Origin: Bispira polyomma
Taxonomy: Eukaryota
NCBI GenBank assembly: GCA_965649765.1
Contig: OZ287753.1
Location: 62,744,001-62,808,000, forward strand
Direction of reading: 5' to 3'
DNA: 64,000 nucleotides
Positions within the stretch are counted from its first letter, which is position 1, and every line of letters begins with the position of its first letter. The position numbers and the translations under genes were made by a program. Positions 25,916 through 39,787 of this stretch are shown here, piece by piece. The notes under the pieces were generated by a model. That model saw only the letters and a list, made by a program, of their open reading frames with translations, was not told the origin of the DNA and did not search any database.

Positions 25916-28900
25916 TGGAGACTGAGGAGTTAAAGGGCGCAATTGACGACAGATCTGAAGGAACGGATATTGAAGAATCATTTTCCCCAAACAATAAGGA
26001 ATTGTTTGACCTCCCCTTGTCTCATTCTCCCCCTGAGCCCATTTCCCCCTTCCATGAGAAAGCCCTCCAAGAAGAGGTGTCCCCAGTCTATTTAGGCCCC
26101 AATGACTCTACCAAACCTCAGATTCTTTTGGGGGCCTCCCCAAGTGACTTTATAATGGAGGAGGAGGAGGATCACGAGGATGACGAGACACATGGTCATA
26201 GTGTCAAACTGACAAAGTTACTGTATGAAGGTATGCAAGATGACACTAAACAAAGCCAAGAAATAGAAAATGGCAATAGTGACACAGAGAGACAGGAAGT
26301 GAATCAAACAGAGTGTGCACTGGAATCAAAACCAATGATGTGGGATGAAAAACTAGAGACATCTGGAGAACGTAGTATTGAGGATATGCAAACAGATGAT
26401 TCAACAAAGGACCAGCACTCTGAGGATGAGCCTAGTGATGATTTGACAAGTGTAGCTGAAGTGGAAAAGAAGGATCATATATTCACTGAGGAGGACAAGT
26501 TTGCAGATGGTGGATTTCAAGATCAACCTGTGACAAACAATGATTCAGACTTTGACAGAGGAGAACTAATGTCCTTTGATAATATTGCATTTGAGGACCA
26601 CTTGACCTCTGGCAATAAAAGTAATACTCTGTATGATGCAGAAGAAGATCGTTCACCAGATTATGAAAACATTGATGTGGTGAGGGCTTTTGAAATTCAG
26701 AATCAGTTAAAACAAATCACCGAGGTTGAAGAGGACTTAGATCATGTGGAAGATGCCTTGCAGCTTGATCAAAGTAAAGCAGAGGAGTTGGCTATTCCAC
26801 AAGAAACCACATTAATGAAAAGAGACACAAGTATATCATCTGAAAATAGTTCAGAGAAGCTGGAAGATATAGAAATATCAATGGAAGAAATACAAGAACA
26901 AATGACACAGCAGTCCTTTGTACCTGAAATAGAACCTGAAGAATTTCAGAATGTTGAAGAAAGTGAAGATGAAGAACTTTTCAGAGAGGATCCTTTTTTA
27001 GTGGGGAGGCACACCTCTGATCAGGTGTCAGGGGTGTTGCCTGAAGAAACCATGAAGGACGAATGTTTGATCGATTTTAAAAATGTTCAGGATGCCGCAG
27101 ATAACAAACAGTACGATTCTGACATTGATGTCAAAGCAGAAATTTTGACCGATGAAGATTCAGGAACTATAGAGAGGATTGACTCAGTTGATAGGCCAGA
27201 TTTTTCTACCCTGGGAGGAACTGAAACACCTGTGCAAGAACAGATGCTTGCAGATGTTGAGGAACCACATGAAGCTATCAAAGATAAACACAATGCAGAA
27301 GTTATTGACTCCATTTTAATTCGCTGTCAAGATAGTGTTATTCTGCCAGATGAACCTCAATTTCCTGAAGAGTTTGGGCCAACAGGGTTTCAGTATTCAA
27401 CATCTAGCAGTAACTTTGATGAAGATGCATCAGATGACAAAAACATGGTGAAAAGTAAAGAAAACTTGGTGGAAATTGATGATATTTCAAAGGAACAGAG
27501 CAGTGATATGTCATCTTACACTGAAGTAGACATCAACAATGACTTTTTGCAGGTTGCTAGTAACAGAGTACAAATATCTACATTACATCAGCAGTCACTA
27601 GGATCAATTGACAGAACTGAATCTGCTTCCTTAGACAGTGAAGATATGGATGAGCCATATGGTGATCAGAGAGAGGAAATGCACCTTGAAATGCAACAAG
27701 ATATTGCCCCTTCACCTCAGCCACCCTGGCTTAATGAAGATGAAGAAGTGTTTCAGCAAGAGCGAGATGATATTAGTCCAGACATAGCTGACGTAAATTC
27801 CCAGGAAGTAAATGATGGTGATACATGTAAAAAAGAAGAAAAGCCAGAATCAAAAGGGAAAACCTCGATAACATCATCATCATCAGATACATCTCTTGAA
27901 CCAACATTGATTGCTGCTACATATGACTTAGATACTGGAGCAGTATCAAGAGTTGTAGCCGCTTATGATGTTTCACCAGATGCTGTTGAAAAAACTGTTC
28001 CAATTGAAACAAAACCAAGAGCCATTCTTTCAAGTCCTGAGGATGAGGTTTTTGATGATGAACAAAAAGTGAAGACGAGACTTCAAGATGACGATGAAGA
28101 TGAGTTTGACGTAAAGAAATTGGGGACTTTGCAGATGAAAGAAGACACCAGTGAAGAAAAGCCGTCATCAGAAGATGATACAAGAAGTGTCCATAGCCCT
28201 TTTGAATTGATTGGGGAGAATGAACTGGAAGGGTATGATGACTATATTTTAAAATTAGAAGAAGAGTATGATATTTCAGAACCAGGGGTTTGTAGTTTTG
28301 AAGAAACAGTTCCTGTTCGTACTGGTGGTGATAAGTCACCATCTTTTGCATCACCTGTAAGTAGTAGTGAATACTCTGAACATAAAAGTCCTGAACTTGT
28401 GGATCTTACGTCATGTTTACTTCCTGATTTGGTTCCAACAAGTGAATTGGTTTGTACTGAGTCTGGTAAACATGAGGAATTGGTGTATGTTCATACCAAT
28501 GGACCAACAGAAGTTGATTTTCATGCAGATTATGATGACCCTTTCAGTCTTCATCAATTTACAGAAGTGGATGATATTCAAGGTCAATCAGCACAGCAAA
28601 CTTCCACACCTCTGTTGATGGAAATAGATATTCCAGTCTGTGCTGAAGAGCAGTCCACTACAATTGATGAAAGTATCCCAGTGGATTCAAAGCCTGCACC
28701 ACAGTTAGAGCCATTCACAGATGATCACGGAAGACAAGATCCAATAGAAGAGCATACAGTTATTACAGAGAGCACCGATGATAAGTTTAGGGCATCAGAA
28801 CAAACATTATATGATTTGGAAATGCCATCTGAAGAAGTACAGTTGCAGCATGAAGAAACTAGGATGTGGGAACAAGATGAGAGTTTTGATACACAAATAG

Positions 28901-31900
28901 ACCAAACTGAGCCATTGCAGAGTATTCAAGAAGCTAGAGATGTTCTCGATGAACAAGAGACAGCTAACATGTGCCATCACTCAAAGACCCCATCTCCTTT
29001 ACAAATGCATGAAACTGCAATGGAAGTGCATTATGAACATGTTTCAGATACAGATATAAGTTTAGACTTAGAGCAAAAGCTTTCCATTGAAGAATATGGT
29101 CAAAAAGAAGTTGCGTCAAGAGATGATAAATTTGAGGATGATGATGATTTCATAAATGAAGAAGAACCTGAATTGCTGGCTTTAGCCGAAGATGAAGAAG
29201 ATGACCACATGGACATTTCTCAGCACAGTGAAGATCAGTCATATGATAATCGAAACATTTCCCCAGAACAAGACCGATTTCAGTTTGAAATAGATGACTT
29301 GGATGCTGATAGACCAAAATCCCCTGAACCAGAATTAGAAGAGCCTATTCATAGAGAGGAATTTGTTACTCCAGAGAAGTGTGACACCCCAAAGGATGAA
29401 AAAAGGGCTGTATCGATTGATGATCAAGAACTTGAACTGAAGGCATCAGAATTTGTAAATTCCATTCTTAGAGAAGCAAAACAGTCTGTTGTGATTGAAC
29501 TTAGTAAAGAAGAGGCGGCAGTGTCTGATATGGATTCCAGTGCATTTAGACATGTTCAAAGGAAACTTAGTAAATCTTCAGGATATGAAGAATCTGAAAT
29601 CCACAGAGAAGTAAAAGTAACTGAAAGTTCCTCAGAGTCTGATGATGAGATAGAAATTAAGGAATGTATTATTGCTGATTCAGAAGCAACAGAACAGGCA
29701 TCTGATGACATTCCAGAAATTACAGTCACACAACATTTACACACTGAAACACATCAAGATGATTATCCAACTTCATACGCCCAGGTGAGGGAAGGAAGTG
29801 CGAAAGAAATAAAGTGTGATGCCAGTGATGAAAAAGAAGTCTTTGATACTGATGACATTCAAGAGGATAGGAGTGTGATTGTGGCAGAAGATGGCAATAT
29901 AGATAATGTGATGGAAATATCATGTACCGGTGAAAACGGAGAATATGCTGAAAGACAAGAAACCCCCATGGATATTGAAGGACCAGAGAGTGAAACCAAT
30001 GCTGCTTCTGAACAAGAACCAGTGGGAGCACACAGTGAGAGTGAAGGAAAGGAACTCGATCATTTTTTAGATGAAGGCTCTGATGCACCAAAAGAAGAAA
30101 TGTTAACATCAGGAAGGCAGTGTGAAACATTCATGGATGGTGGTGCAAATGATGAGCTCAGTGTACGTGGCACTGAAAGTAAAGTAATATCTAACGATAT
30201 AATTGATGAATCTGAAGTTGTTATATCAGATGGAGATAAAGTCTTGTTTGAAGACCATGGAAGTAGCATGGAAATAGATGCATTTCTCCTTGAGGATGAC
30301 AGACAATCAGAAAGTGTTAATATAAGCTTTGATGTGAGAGACAGGGAAATGGAAGACTTGCTGGGGACTGAAAGTGAAGGTGATACATCCAGTGTGGATA
30401 GTTTTGCTACCGTGGTACCTGTTGCTCAGGATGAAGATGATCAAATAGCTACAGATTATGAAGATCGTTTGGCAGATTTAGCCTCAATGTCTTCTTCATT
30501 TTGTTCAGAAATAATAGATGACCAGCCAGTTGAACCTATTGTCAGCATTGATGTGAGGGATCTAACAGATCAAAATTTTCAGGATGATGACGATTCGTCA
30601 TCAAGCGGTAAAGGAGATAATTCAGAAACAGTAGATGAGAATGACATTACTGCAGCTTTACTTTCTGATCAACTTGCATTAATATGTGAAGAGGGTGAAG
30701 ATGAAGATGAGTTGACAATTGAAATACCTGTATATAGAGAACATATGGAACTGTCAGTTATCCAGGAGGAAAGTGAGGAAGACAAGAGAAAAAGTACAAG
30801 CACTAGTTCATCTGAAAGACTAGATGCAGTGTCATCAAGCTCATCTGAAAAGTTAACTCACTCTCCAGATATCCCTCCTTCACCAGGAGCCCTTGAAAAG
30901 TATGCTGTTGGAAAGACAAATAGAAGTAGTAGAGATGATGTATCGCTGACCTCTTCATTGTTGGAATTTGAAATACTCGAGTCACAAGTGGTGCGGTCAA
31001 GTTTGGACTCTATTCCAGCTGATTCAGAATCAAGTCGACCTTTGTATGGAAAGAGTGGTCAAGGTGATGATATTTCTATTTCTTCTTCCCTAGCAGAGTT
31101 TGAACTAATGGAGAGTGTTGTAGTCCAATCTGTATCCTTAGAACAAGTACCACAGGAAAAGATTGGAAGTGGAGATTCTGGGTCATTGTCTTCATTAGCT
31201 GAATTTGAAAAGTTGGAGAAAGACATCAGAACCGATTCAGATTCTTTGGAAGGTTTATCTAAACCTAGTTCAGATGATGAGAAGATTGGTTCAGTGAATG
31301 ACTCAGAATTAGAAAAGAAAAGTTTCACATCCTCCTCATCATCTTTAGATGAATTTGAACGCTTAGAACAAGAAGTTATAATAGATGAAGAGTTAGAGGC
31401 TGAGGCCCAAAAAGTTGTGAATTTGCTCGAATCTGGGGCGCTGATGCATGCTGGAAATGAAGGAAAATTTCGAAGGCCATTAGCAAGTTCATCAGAAAAT
31501 GAGGAATTGTCTCTTTCAAAAGAGCAGTTAATAGACTTCACAAATATGCCCAGAGACGATAGTCTGTCATCACTCGATGAGAAAGCATTAGCAAAAGGTG
31601 ACAAAAGTTCATTACTTCAGTCAAATGAAGAAGAATGTCCACCCGAAATTGAGAAGATAATCAAACAAGCATCCAAGAATGTAGAATCCTTTGATTCAGG
31701 TAAACAGGCGGCTGCTCACCTGACTGATACCATGGCTGCCATGCATAGTCTTCTACAAGATCAACAAAGTTCAAAGGCCAAAGATAAACCTGATCAAGTT
31801 TCTTCACCAGTATCAGATGTTCATATTGGTGTCATTCCTGCTGAAATTGTTACTACTGAATTAGATGAAGATTCTTTAAAAGATGAAGATTCCATTACAT

Positions 31901-33289
31901 GTTCAGCACCATTAGATTCTGATTCCCTTCAAGACCCTGACTCTGTTATGCAAGCATCAGCAGAATCATTTGAAGGTGATCACACAATAGCTGATTTGAG
32001 TTATGATATTCTGCCAGATTATATAGAGAAATCACCCGAGGAGGATGAACCCTGCAGTAGTGAGATGGTGATGCAGCAATCTGCAGATTCACTAACATTG
32101 GAACCTGTTCCATCAATGCAAAAATCTGTGGATTCTTTGGGAGAAGCTGATATTACACAAGAGTCTCTAACACAAGAGGAAATTGGACAATTAATTACCA
32201 TGCCAGGTGAAGTTGATCCATTTATTGCATCAACAGATTCACTAGAGTGTGATAAAAATAAGGCATTGTCAGATATGCAGGAATCAACAGATTCTTTAGA
32301 ACCTAAAGTACCTGATACACAAGATGAAATGGGTAAGTCAGTTGATTCTTTAGAAGGTGGCACATTTTCCCAGTCTGAGTCCCAGGATAGCTTAGAGAAA
32401 GAGCAACTGGAACAAGAAGAAAGAGATGTCATGCCACTAGCTACACAAACTGAAGACCATGTTGAAATACACGACAAGAAATTATTCGATGTAATGACAT
32501 TATCAGTGGAGTCTGGAGCATGGAGTCAGTCTAGTTCAATTCTTTCATCCGAAACCCTGAAGTCTAGTGACATAGACTCCGGTCAAGAACATGAAGTGAT
32601 GGAAATATCTGTTGATTCACCAGCGTCTGTCAGTAGCTCGGAGGATATGTCCAGCAAATTTAGTCGCAAGTCTGAAACAATGCAGGAGGATTGTGACGCT
32701 AAGAAACCAAGACTAGAATTCCACCAGAAGACGGAAAATGTGCTGGTTTGTGACCCTGCAGACCTTGATACAGAAGGTAACATTGAACCAGACAATACAA
32801 GACAGAGAACTGATGAAGAGGGAAACATTGACAGTAACCGACAAAGTACCAGACAAACAGTGCACACTTCTACTACTAAAACTGAAACTAGCAGAACCCA
32901 ACACTACCACAGTGAAAGTGTCATAGAAAGTGCAGCAAACTACCCATTGAGTCAACCGTACAGTTTCCAACCACGTCGAGAGAGTAACACCAGTGCTGCC
33001 GCCACAGGCCATGAGGAAAGCAAACACAAGAAAGCAATGACCTATGAACCTGGGGTGGGAAAGATCAGTTTTACCATGGATTCTGCAGCAGGGAGGGGTT
33101 GGGTATCTCGAGATACAGTCACTAGTATTTCCATTGAGCCAGAAATCCGAGGGGGGTCTCCTGCCTTTCATTCCCGCTCATCCACCCCCACTGATTCTTC
33201 TCATTCAGATAATTGTTACTGTGGCCCTGATTCCAGTAGTGCTAGCTATGGAAAGGACGATACACCAATGGGTTCACCCATGCATCGAG
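25916..33289 (+). CDS. Giant exon 2 (7374 bp, phase 1-1) of the giant ankyrin-like gene
   Basis: TACTAAC branch point at 25872-25878, acceptor ctacag|TG, donor CGAG|GTATTA. Carries four SSL.EFE.(L/M)E motifs and a run of S.DSL(E) motifs of the kind I recall from the long UNC-44/Ank2 isoforms. Confidence 0.9.
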
Positions 33290-33929
33290 GTATTAATCAC
33301 TGTTATCAGGGGGCTGAACACCTGTACACAAATTATTCTAGGGTGTAGAAATCTCTTACTTCAAAACATCTTTATTTGTATTGGTAGCTGAAACACGTAT
33401 TCCAGTACATGACACTTGAAAACTAGTTAACCTTTATATACTCTTCAGGTTAAATTGTTCACAATAATTTGGGATGTTAAGGTGCTCAGCCCTTCTAAGT
33501 TGTGTTTTGTACATGCATGGGTGTCTATATATGTAAGTGTGTACTTTTATGCAAAAAGTACTGGTGGTGTGTCTACTTTAAAAGATAACTAACAGAACGT
33601 GCAATGACGTCAAATAGCTTGAGAAACAAAAACAAAATTAAGTAGGAACTCGAATATCTTGCATAGAGGTCTATTTCAACATGCGTCTTTTTATGATAGT
33701 TTAGAAATTGTACAAATATTATATTCATAGAGTTTCTTATTTAGTAAGTCGGACAATCCATAGTCAAAGATCAATGCTTGTAAATTGATACCATTGTTTC
33801 TCTGGTTCATACTGATGTGTACTATAATAAGAGACATGCTATGTACTTTCTATTAGTTGTCTTCCAGTAGAAACCTCATTGTTTCAGTATTTGTACTGCT
33901 GTTCGTTTGCACTACTCTGTATGTTGTAG

Positions 33930-33958
33930 AGTGGGACACACCACACACCCCTGCCTGA
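33930..33958 (+). CDS. Possible alternative terminal exon (EWDTPHTPA-stop)
   Basis: Acceptor atgttgtag|AG in phase 1 after a pyrimidine-rich tract, then TGA at 33956-33958. Short and could be chance. Confidence 0.3.
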
Positions 33959-34188
33959 CCTAACAAGTGTCAATTCTTTTTGTGTTCTATTTTTTTTTTG
34001 TTTCATTATATCTGTGCATTTATGTTTTAAGTTTGCAGACGTCTTTATGTGTACATAGGTGTGGAGAACCTTATGAAATAGTAGGAGATGTGAAGAGAGC
34101 ACATACCACAGATCTATTGGGTAACACTGTTTTGTAAGAACACACAGCAGATCTATTGGGTATCACAGTTTTTATGAGAACAAGCCTA

Positions 34189-34332
34189 GGGTCATATTCA
34201 CAAACATTCTTATTCTTCTAATTTTATTTCAACTAATTTGCTTGGCTGTAAATATATTTTCAAACAGTCCGATTGGCTGAGCCTAAGAATTATCTAGGAG
34301 TTACATTCTAAGAATGTTTGTGAATACGGCCC
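34189..34332. mobile_element. Small MITE (PIF/Harbinger-like TIR); a similar element lies at ~41552-41723
   Basis: TIR GGGTCATATTCACAAACATTCTTA ... TAAGAATGTTTGTGAATACGGCCC. Confidence 0.65.
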
Positions 34333-37300
34333 CAAATCTATGGGGTAACACCATTTTCTGGGAACGTACCAGTTCTATGGGGTGACACAGTTTTTCTGCA
34401 CATAAAGGAAGACACCGGTGTGGGGGGAGTATCACTAAAAACTGTCATTCAGTTATTTGTAAGCTACTAAAGTACTGTTGAACTCCTTTAAGCCGGACCT
34501 CAAGGGTCTAGGAGAAATACCTCTACTTTTAAGCAGGATTTTCTACTTCTAAAAAGATTGTAAAAGAAAATGCCTCTGTGTGACTACAGATTTTGTAAAC
34601 TTGAAAGGGTTCGACTGTACTGTTGGTAAGACTTGTCCAGTCCCATATTGTGTCGTGTATACGCTAGTCAAAACCCCAAACATAGGGATAATCTAAACGC
34701 TACCTTTTTCTACAATAATGATTGAGATATTTCTCTCTTCCAAATACGCATGACTCGGCAGCTCTCTTTTGTAAGCTCATTGGATAACCTAGCTGCTGAT
34801 AAGCTTCTTTCACATCAATTATCAAATTGACTACCTCTATGTAAAATTTAAAATAAAAAGATAGAAAAGTTGTTATGGTGTTTGATTTGAGACTCATACG
34901 AACCTGAACTAATACCTAAGCTCTATATGCTGACCTATAATTCAGGTTACGACAGATTTTACTCTGGTGGTGTAAAAAAAGGACACATCTTCACCAGATT
35001 TTAACATGTTGATTCACAGTATATAACTGGACAGATTTAGAAGTAATATAATATAGTTAATTTTTCATAAGATTAAAATATAGATATGATATGTTTCTGG
35101 TCCAAATACTGTAGAAAGAAGCAAAATAACCTCATTATTCACCAGACCAATCAGGTGTGGCTTTTTTCTCAGGTAGATTGTGTGAAATTTAAATAGGTTG
35201 CTCATGACTGTTCAGGATATGCCAAGAAAAAACCACCATAAGCTATTCTTCTATAAAACAGAAATGAAGTAGATGGCCATTAAACGAGTTCTGACTTAAA
35301 AGGGTTTTCTAATATCCAGGTGATTTGCCTTGACTGAGAAATGAAAATTGTATAGTGTAATATTAAGAATGTCGGAGTTTATAGACACTTAAAAGCTTCT
35401 ATATGGGTGAGACTAGCTTCAGCCTACCCTTGAGGTCTTGACTTCAGCCAGTTAGTAAAATCTTTAGAAAAGGTAAAGTTTGAATATGATATAGAGGCTA
35501 CGACTTGGTTGATCAAGTTGATACAAGTTGGACAATATATAATTGATATTATAGTAATTCTCCTGTTGTATTTCAATAAACAGTGTTTTGTAGGTAGTTT
35601 GAATATAAACATAATTCTCCATACTCTTGTGTTGTTCCTTTGTTGACCTCTCTTTTGTGTTGTTTTTGTTTTAATTGAATTTTTTGGTGTTTTTATAGGA
35701 TTTATTTTGCTAGTCTTTTCTCAACTCGGTTTCTTTATTTTGATTCTGTTTATGAGGTATTTAATTTTATTTTCTACTTCATTTATCTAGAAAAATAAGT
35801 TAGAAGTTGAAAATTTTTTTGTCTTTTCTGATTATATTTGCAGCTTTGACTTTTCTTAATGCAAGTTGCGAAAACTTCCCACAATAATTTGTCATCTTTC
35901 CGAAAGAATTCTTAGTATCAAACTTTAAAACTGTTCTTAAATGGGATAAATAGAAATATTGATTCAGGTAGTATTCCATCTGGATCAATTAATGTGTAGT
36001 GACAGTGGCATTCAATGGTGTCATATGCACCGACATCAAGTCCTCCAGTGACCAAACCTCCCAATCTTGTAGCAACATAAGCCCAGACCAATTGGTTCTA
36101 CTACCCAAATACTAGATGGGGTTTGTAATGTTAATGTGCACTCAAGCGATTATTTTATATACATTGTCATGGATTAAAATAAGAGCTGGTCAAACCTTGT
36201 ACTGTAGACTACAATAGATTATTGTATGAAATGAATCTCGGATGTATTCATTTTACAATAGATGATTGTATGGAATGAATCTCGGATGTATTTGTTTTGC
36301 CTGTGTTTTCTCCGTATGTCTCTCTTTTATAAATAGGTAGTTTAGTTTATTCTGTTTTTTAAACAGATTTTATTTTTGCTGCTATATTTTTCTTATGTTG
36401 TTTTACTTTGCGTTTTTGTTTCAGTCTTTTCGTTGATACATTGTTTAATAGAATTTAGTTTCGGAAAACCGTTGTGTGATATTTTATTAGACGTGTAAAA
36501 TAGATATTATATAAATGGATTGCATGGAATATACATATATGAACTAATGCAACATTACTTAACGTAGAGATATACAGAATTAACTTGTTACTATTAAAAT
36601 ATATATCTAAATACCACTAACATTCTATCTAACAGTTAGTTTCATCAACTTTTTGCTCCACGCAATTTTCCATTCAAACTAATTGATGTGTCCTTCCTAC
36701 TGCTTGGGAGTTAGGATGAACTAAAAGTACAAGTAGCAGTAAAATCTATGAAGTAATGTATTGACCCTCTTTGATTGGTTGTCTTAAAGCTTACTTACCA
36801 AAGGACAGGACATTTGATCAGCTAGAACAGGAAGCAGGTACAGACAACACTCACACTACTACTACTAGTTGTGTAAGAGTACAGTGTAAACCTCTATTAT
36901 CCAAACTACTTCTATTAACCAAATACAGTAGACTGTATAACTAGAACCTCCAATATCCACAGGATTTGGTTCTAGTTATGGCCAACTTCCACTTATGTCT
37001 ACAAAAATACAGCATTTTCTGATGTTGGGATCTCAAAACTGGTTCCACTTATACCTAAATTCGACTTACACTGGTTCTACTTATACAGAGTCTACTGTAG
37101 TCGATTTTTCGAACTAGTCTCTGCTCCCACAAATTTATGTTTTTCGATTGTTGTTTTTTTGTTTTTTATATATATATTTTTATATATATATTTATCTGCT
37201 GTTTACTACTCACTTTATGTCACTTCCGTAAAGCTGCACCTTTATATACAGTTGTATCCCTTTTAATAGTCTGAAAACTCACGGAACCAGGAGAAATACC

Positions 37301-38826
37301 TCTTCCAAAAAAAGGATTTACAATTTGTGGGTCCACAAATTTTTTTACATATAAAAAAAAAAAATTCACTTAACAAAGTTCTACTTAAAGGGGTTTGACT
37401 GTGGTGTAATTAGCCTTGAGTGTTCGGATAAAGAATTAAAATGGATGGTAGTACAGGTGACAGCTTTATGAATTGGTATACATGTACTGAGATGTATTTC
37501 ATTTATCTAACACGAGTACACACCGAGTGTTATTTTTGTTTTCACATGATTTTGGTTAAAATGTGTACGTGGTATCTTTGTTTTATAGTCAAGTTTATAT
37601 TTAAAATTACTAGATTTTATTTTAATATTGAGAGAAAGGGTTTTTTAAAAGCTTACATTTAGCATGGTTTAAAAAAAAAATTCCAATACCATTTATGGTA
37701 AAATACTGTACAGAAGCTTTTCTTTTTCAGGCTGGAATTTAATTGATTTTTTTTTCCAGATTTTTTTCAGGATTTTGGATCTTTTTTATATGTCCCATTT
37801 TATACCAGGTCCACTGGCATACTGATATATTTAAAAAAATGATTTAAGAAGTCCCCAAAATATATCTGTACATTACGTATGCTTTGTATTTTATGAAAAT
37901 TAATATCTTTTATTTTCTGTCATAAGTACTAATTCTACTTTTCTGCTATTTAATAGTTTTACTGAACACATATTTTGTCTTCGACTTGTAGTTTGATTGT
38001 TTTGTATTTTTGTGGTTTCTGTGGAGTTTGTTAAGAACTTTTTCTTTGTCCACTTGTAGATTGTGTTTTGTGAATTTAAGAAAAGTGACTTGTACAAAAT
38101 GAGGACGATTTGTAATAAATAGTTGATCGAATTCGCGAATTAGTGCTTACCACTATGATGCACGTTCTTAACACAAGTATAAATGTCTTGTTATAAAACA
38201 TAGCTAGAAAGAGATGGCCATAAAGGATACTAGAAACTTACATCAAGAGGACATATTTGCAACAGATCAAATTAAAAATAGATTGAATAGACAAAATACA
38301 GAATCAGACTAAGATATCTGATGTATCTTGATATTAGATTGTATGTGTGTTACGAGACTCCTGTTATTTAAAACATAAACTGTTGAGCCATTGTTGGTCT
38401 GGTGATCGGCAGGTCCCTCAGGATCAACTGATTCTAATAATGCTGCTAGGTTCAGTTGTGGGGCAAGATGTAAACATGCCATTGCCTAGTATTAACGACC
38501 CATTTTGTGTTATAGGATTTATCCCTTACATATTACCAAAGAGCGCTGTATAAATGCTTCAATAATACTAGTTGTTTAGGTGTAGGTGTACCAATGTACA
38601 CGTTCCAGTGTAGTTACATGCGAGTAGCAATGTTCCAGTGTAGTGACATGTGTTTGTAATACAAAGTCTTTAGTCCCTATCCCATTGTTTAGGTGTATGT
38701 GTACCAGTGTACACCTTCCTGTATAGTTATATGTGAGTACCAATGTTCCAGTGTAGTCACATATGAGTAGCAATGTTCCAGTGTAGTGACATGTGTTTTG
38801 TGTACTTTGTTGCTGCACATAATCAG

Positions 38827-38895
38827 GGTTGTCAGCCACTGATAACCTGGAGGACTTGCCTTCTTCTACTGCGTCTGATCTCTCCCCCGACACAG
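38827..38895 (+). CDS. Candidate 69 bp cassette exon (GLSATDNLEDLPSSTASDLSPDT), phase 1-1
   Basis: Acceptor aatcag|GG, weak donor ACAG|GTCTCA; a GC-richer island that is frame-preserving and S/D-rich. Confidence 0.5.
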
Positions 38896-39609
38896 GTCTC
38901 AGTATATAGGCGTCATCTATGTCTGCATATGTCTTAAGTGTTCATTCAGCTCACAGTACATGGAGGCATTGTCTTAGTCTTCTTGTGTCTTAAGTGTCCA
39001 TTCAGGGAGATTGGTGATCAGTGACTCAAAAATAAGTGACCAGTGATCAGTGACTAGATTTTTTCCAAAAGTAATTTTGTTGATCAAAGGAGAGCCGTTT
39101 TGAGGAGGAAAAACAACTGGATATGAATTCTAATACAGTAGAACCTCTATTATCCAAACTGTTTGGGAGAGTGACCATTTGATCAGATAATAGAATTTTT
39201 TTGAAAACTAGAAGAGGATCCATGGTATAAAACAGGAAAAAAAATCAAATTCATAAAATGGAAATTTGGATAATAGTAGTTTAGATGAAAAGTTTATGGC
39301 ACATTGAAATTTTCTGTTTCTTTACAAGGCAAATGGTGAACAACGAATTGCTATCATCAGTCGCCTGTATCTGTCTGTCGCCATTTCTTGTATAGAAACA
39401 TGTGAAGAAAATAGATAAGAAGCGATCAATGTCACCTTTATCTGTCCCCTGAATGGACGCATAGACTTATGTGTATGGCTCAGGTCTAGACTACACTTAA
39501 CACGTACTACTGACTGATGTATTAAAGTCTTTATTAGTACTTTAACACGAATCAAGTATCTGAAGTCTCAATGCTAAAAGTATCTTTGAAATGTAGGTCC
39601 CTACTATTG

Positions 39610-39787
39610 TTTAACAATCACTGACTTCTCACCAATGTGAGTTCCAACCCTGTTTGTTCCTTCATGTGGGAAATTTTGTCAGGTACTTGCTGTAGGCCAG
39701 TGGTTTACAGTGCTTCAGCACTGGTTTCTACCATTTCTATGACCTAAGCTTTTGAAATCGACGTAAAACCTGACTAAATTCAAATTC
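39610..39787 (+). mobile_element. Decayed SINE related to the 49688-49950 element
   Basis: Shares ACAATCACTGA, a B-box-like GAGTTCCAACCC, ATGTGGGAAA and a GACGTAAAA...AAATTCAAA tail. Confidence 0.6.

Noticed and set aside
24805-33525. TGCATG (Rbfox) sites flanking giant exon 2 (~24810, ~25839, ~33514)
   Set aside because: Too few to distinguish from chance without conservation data.
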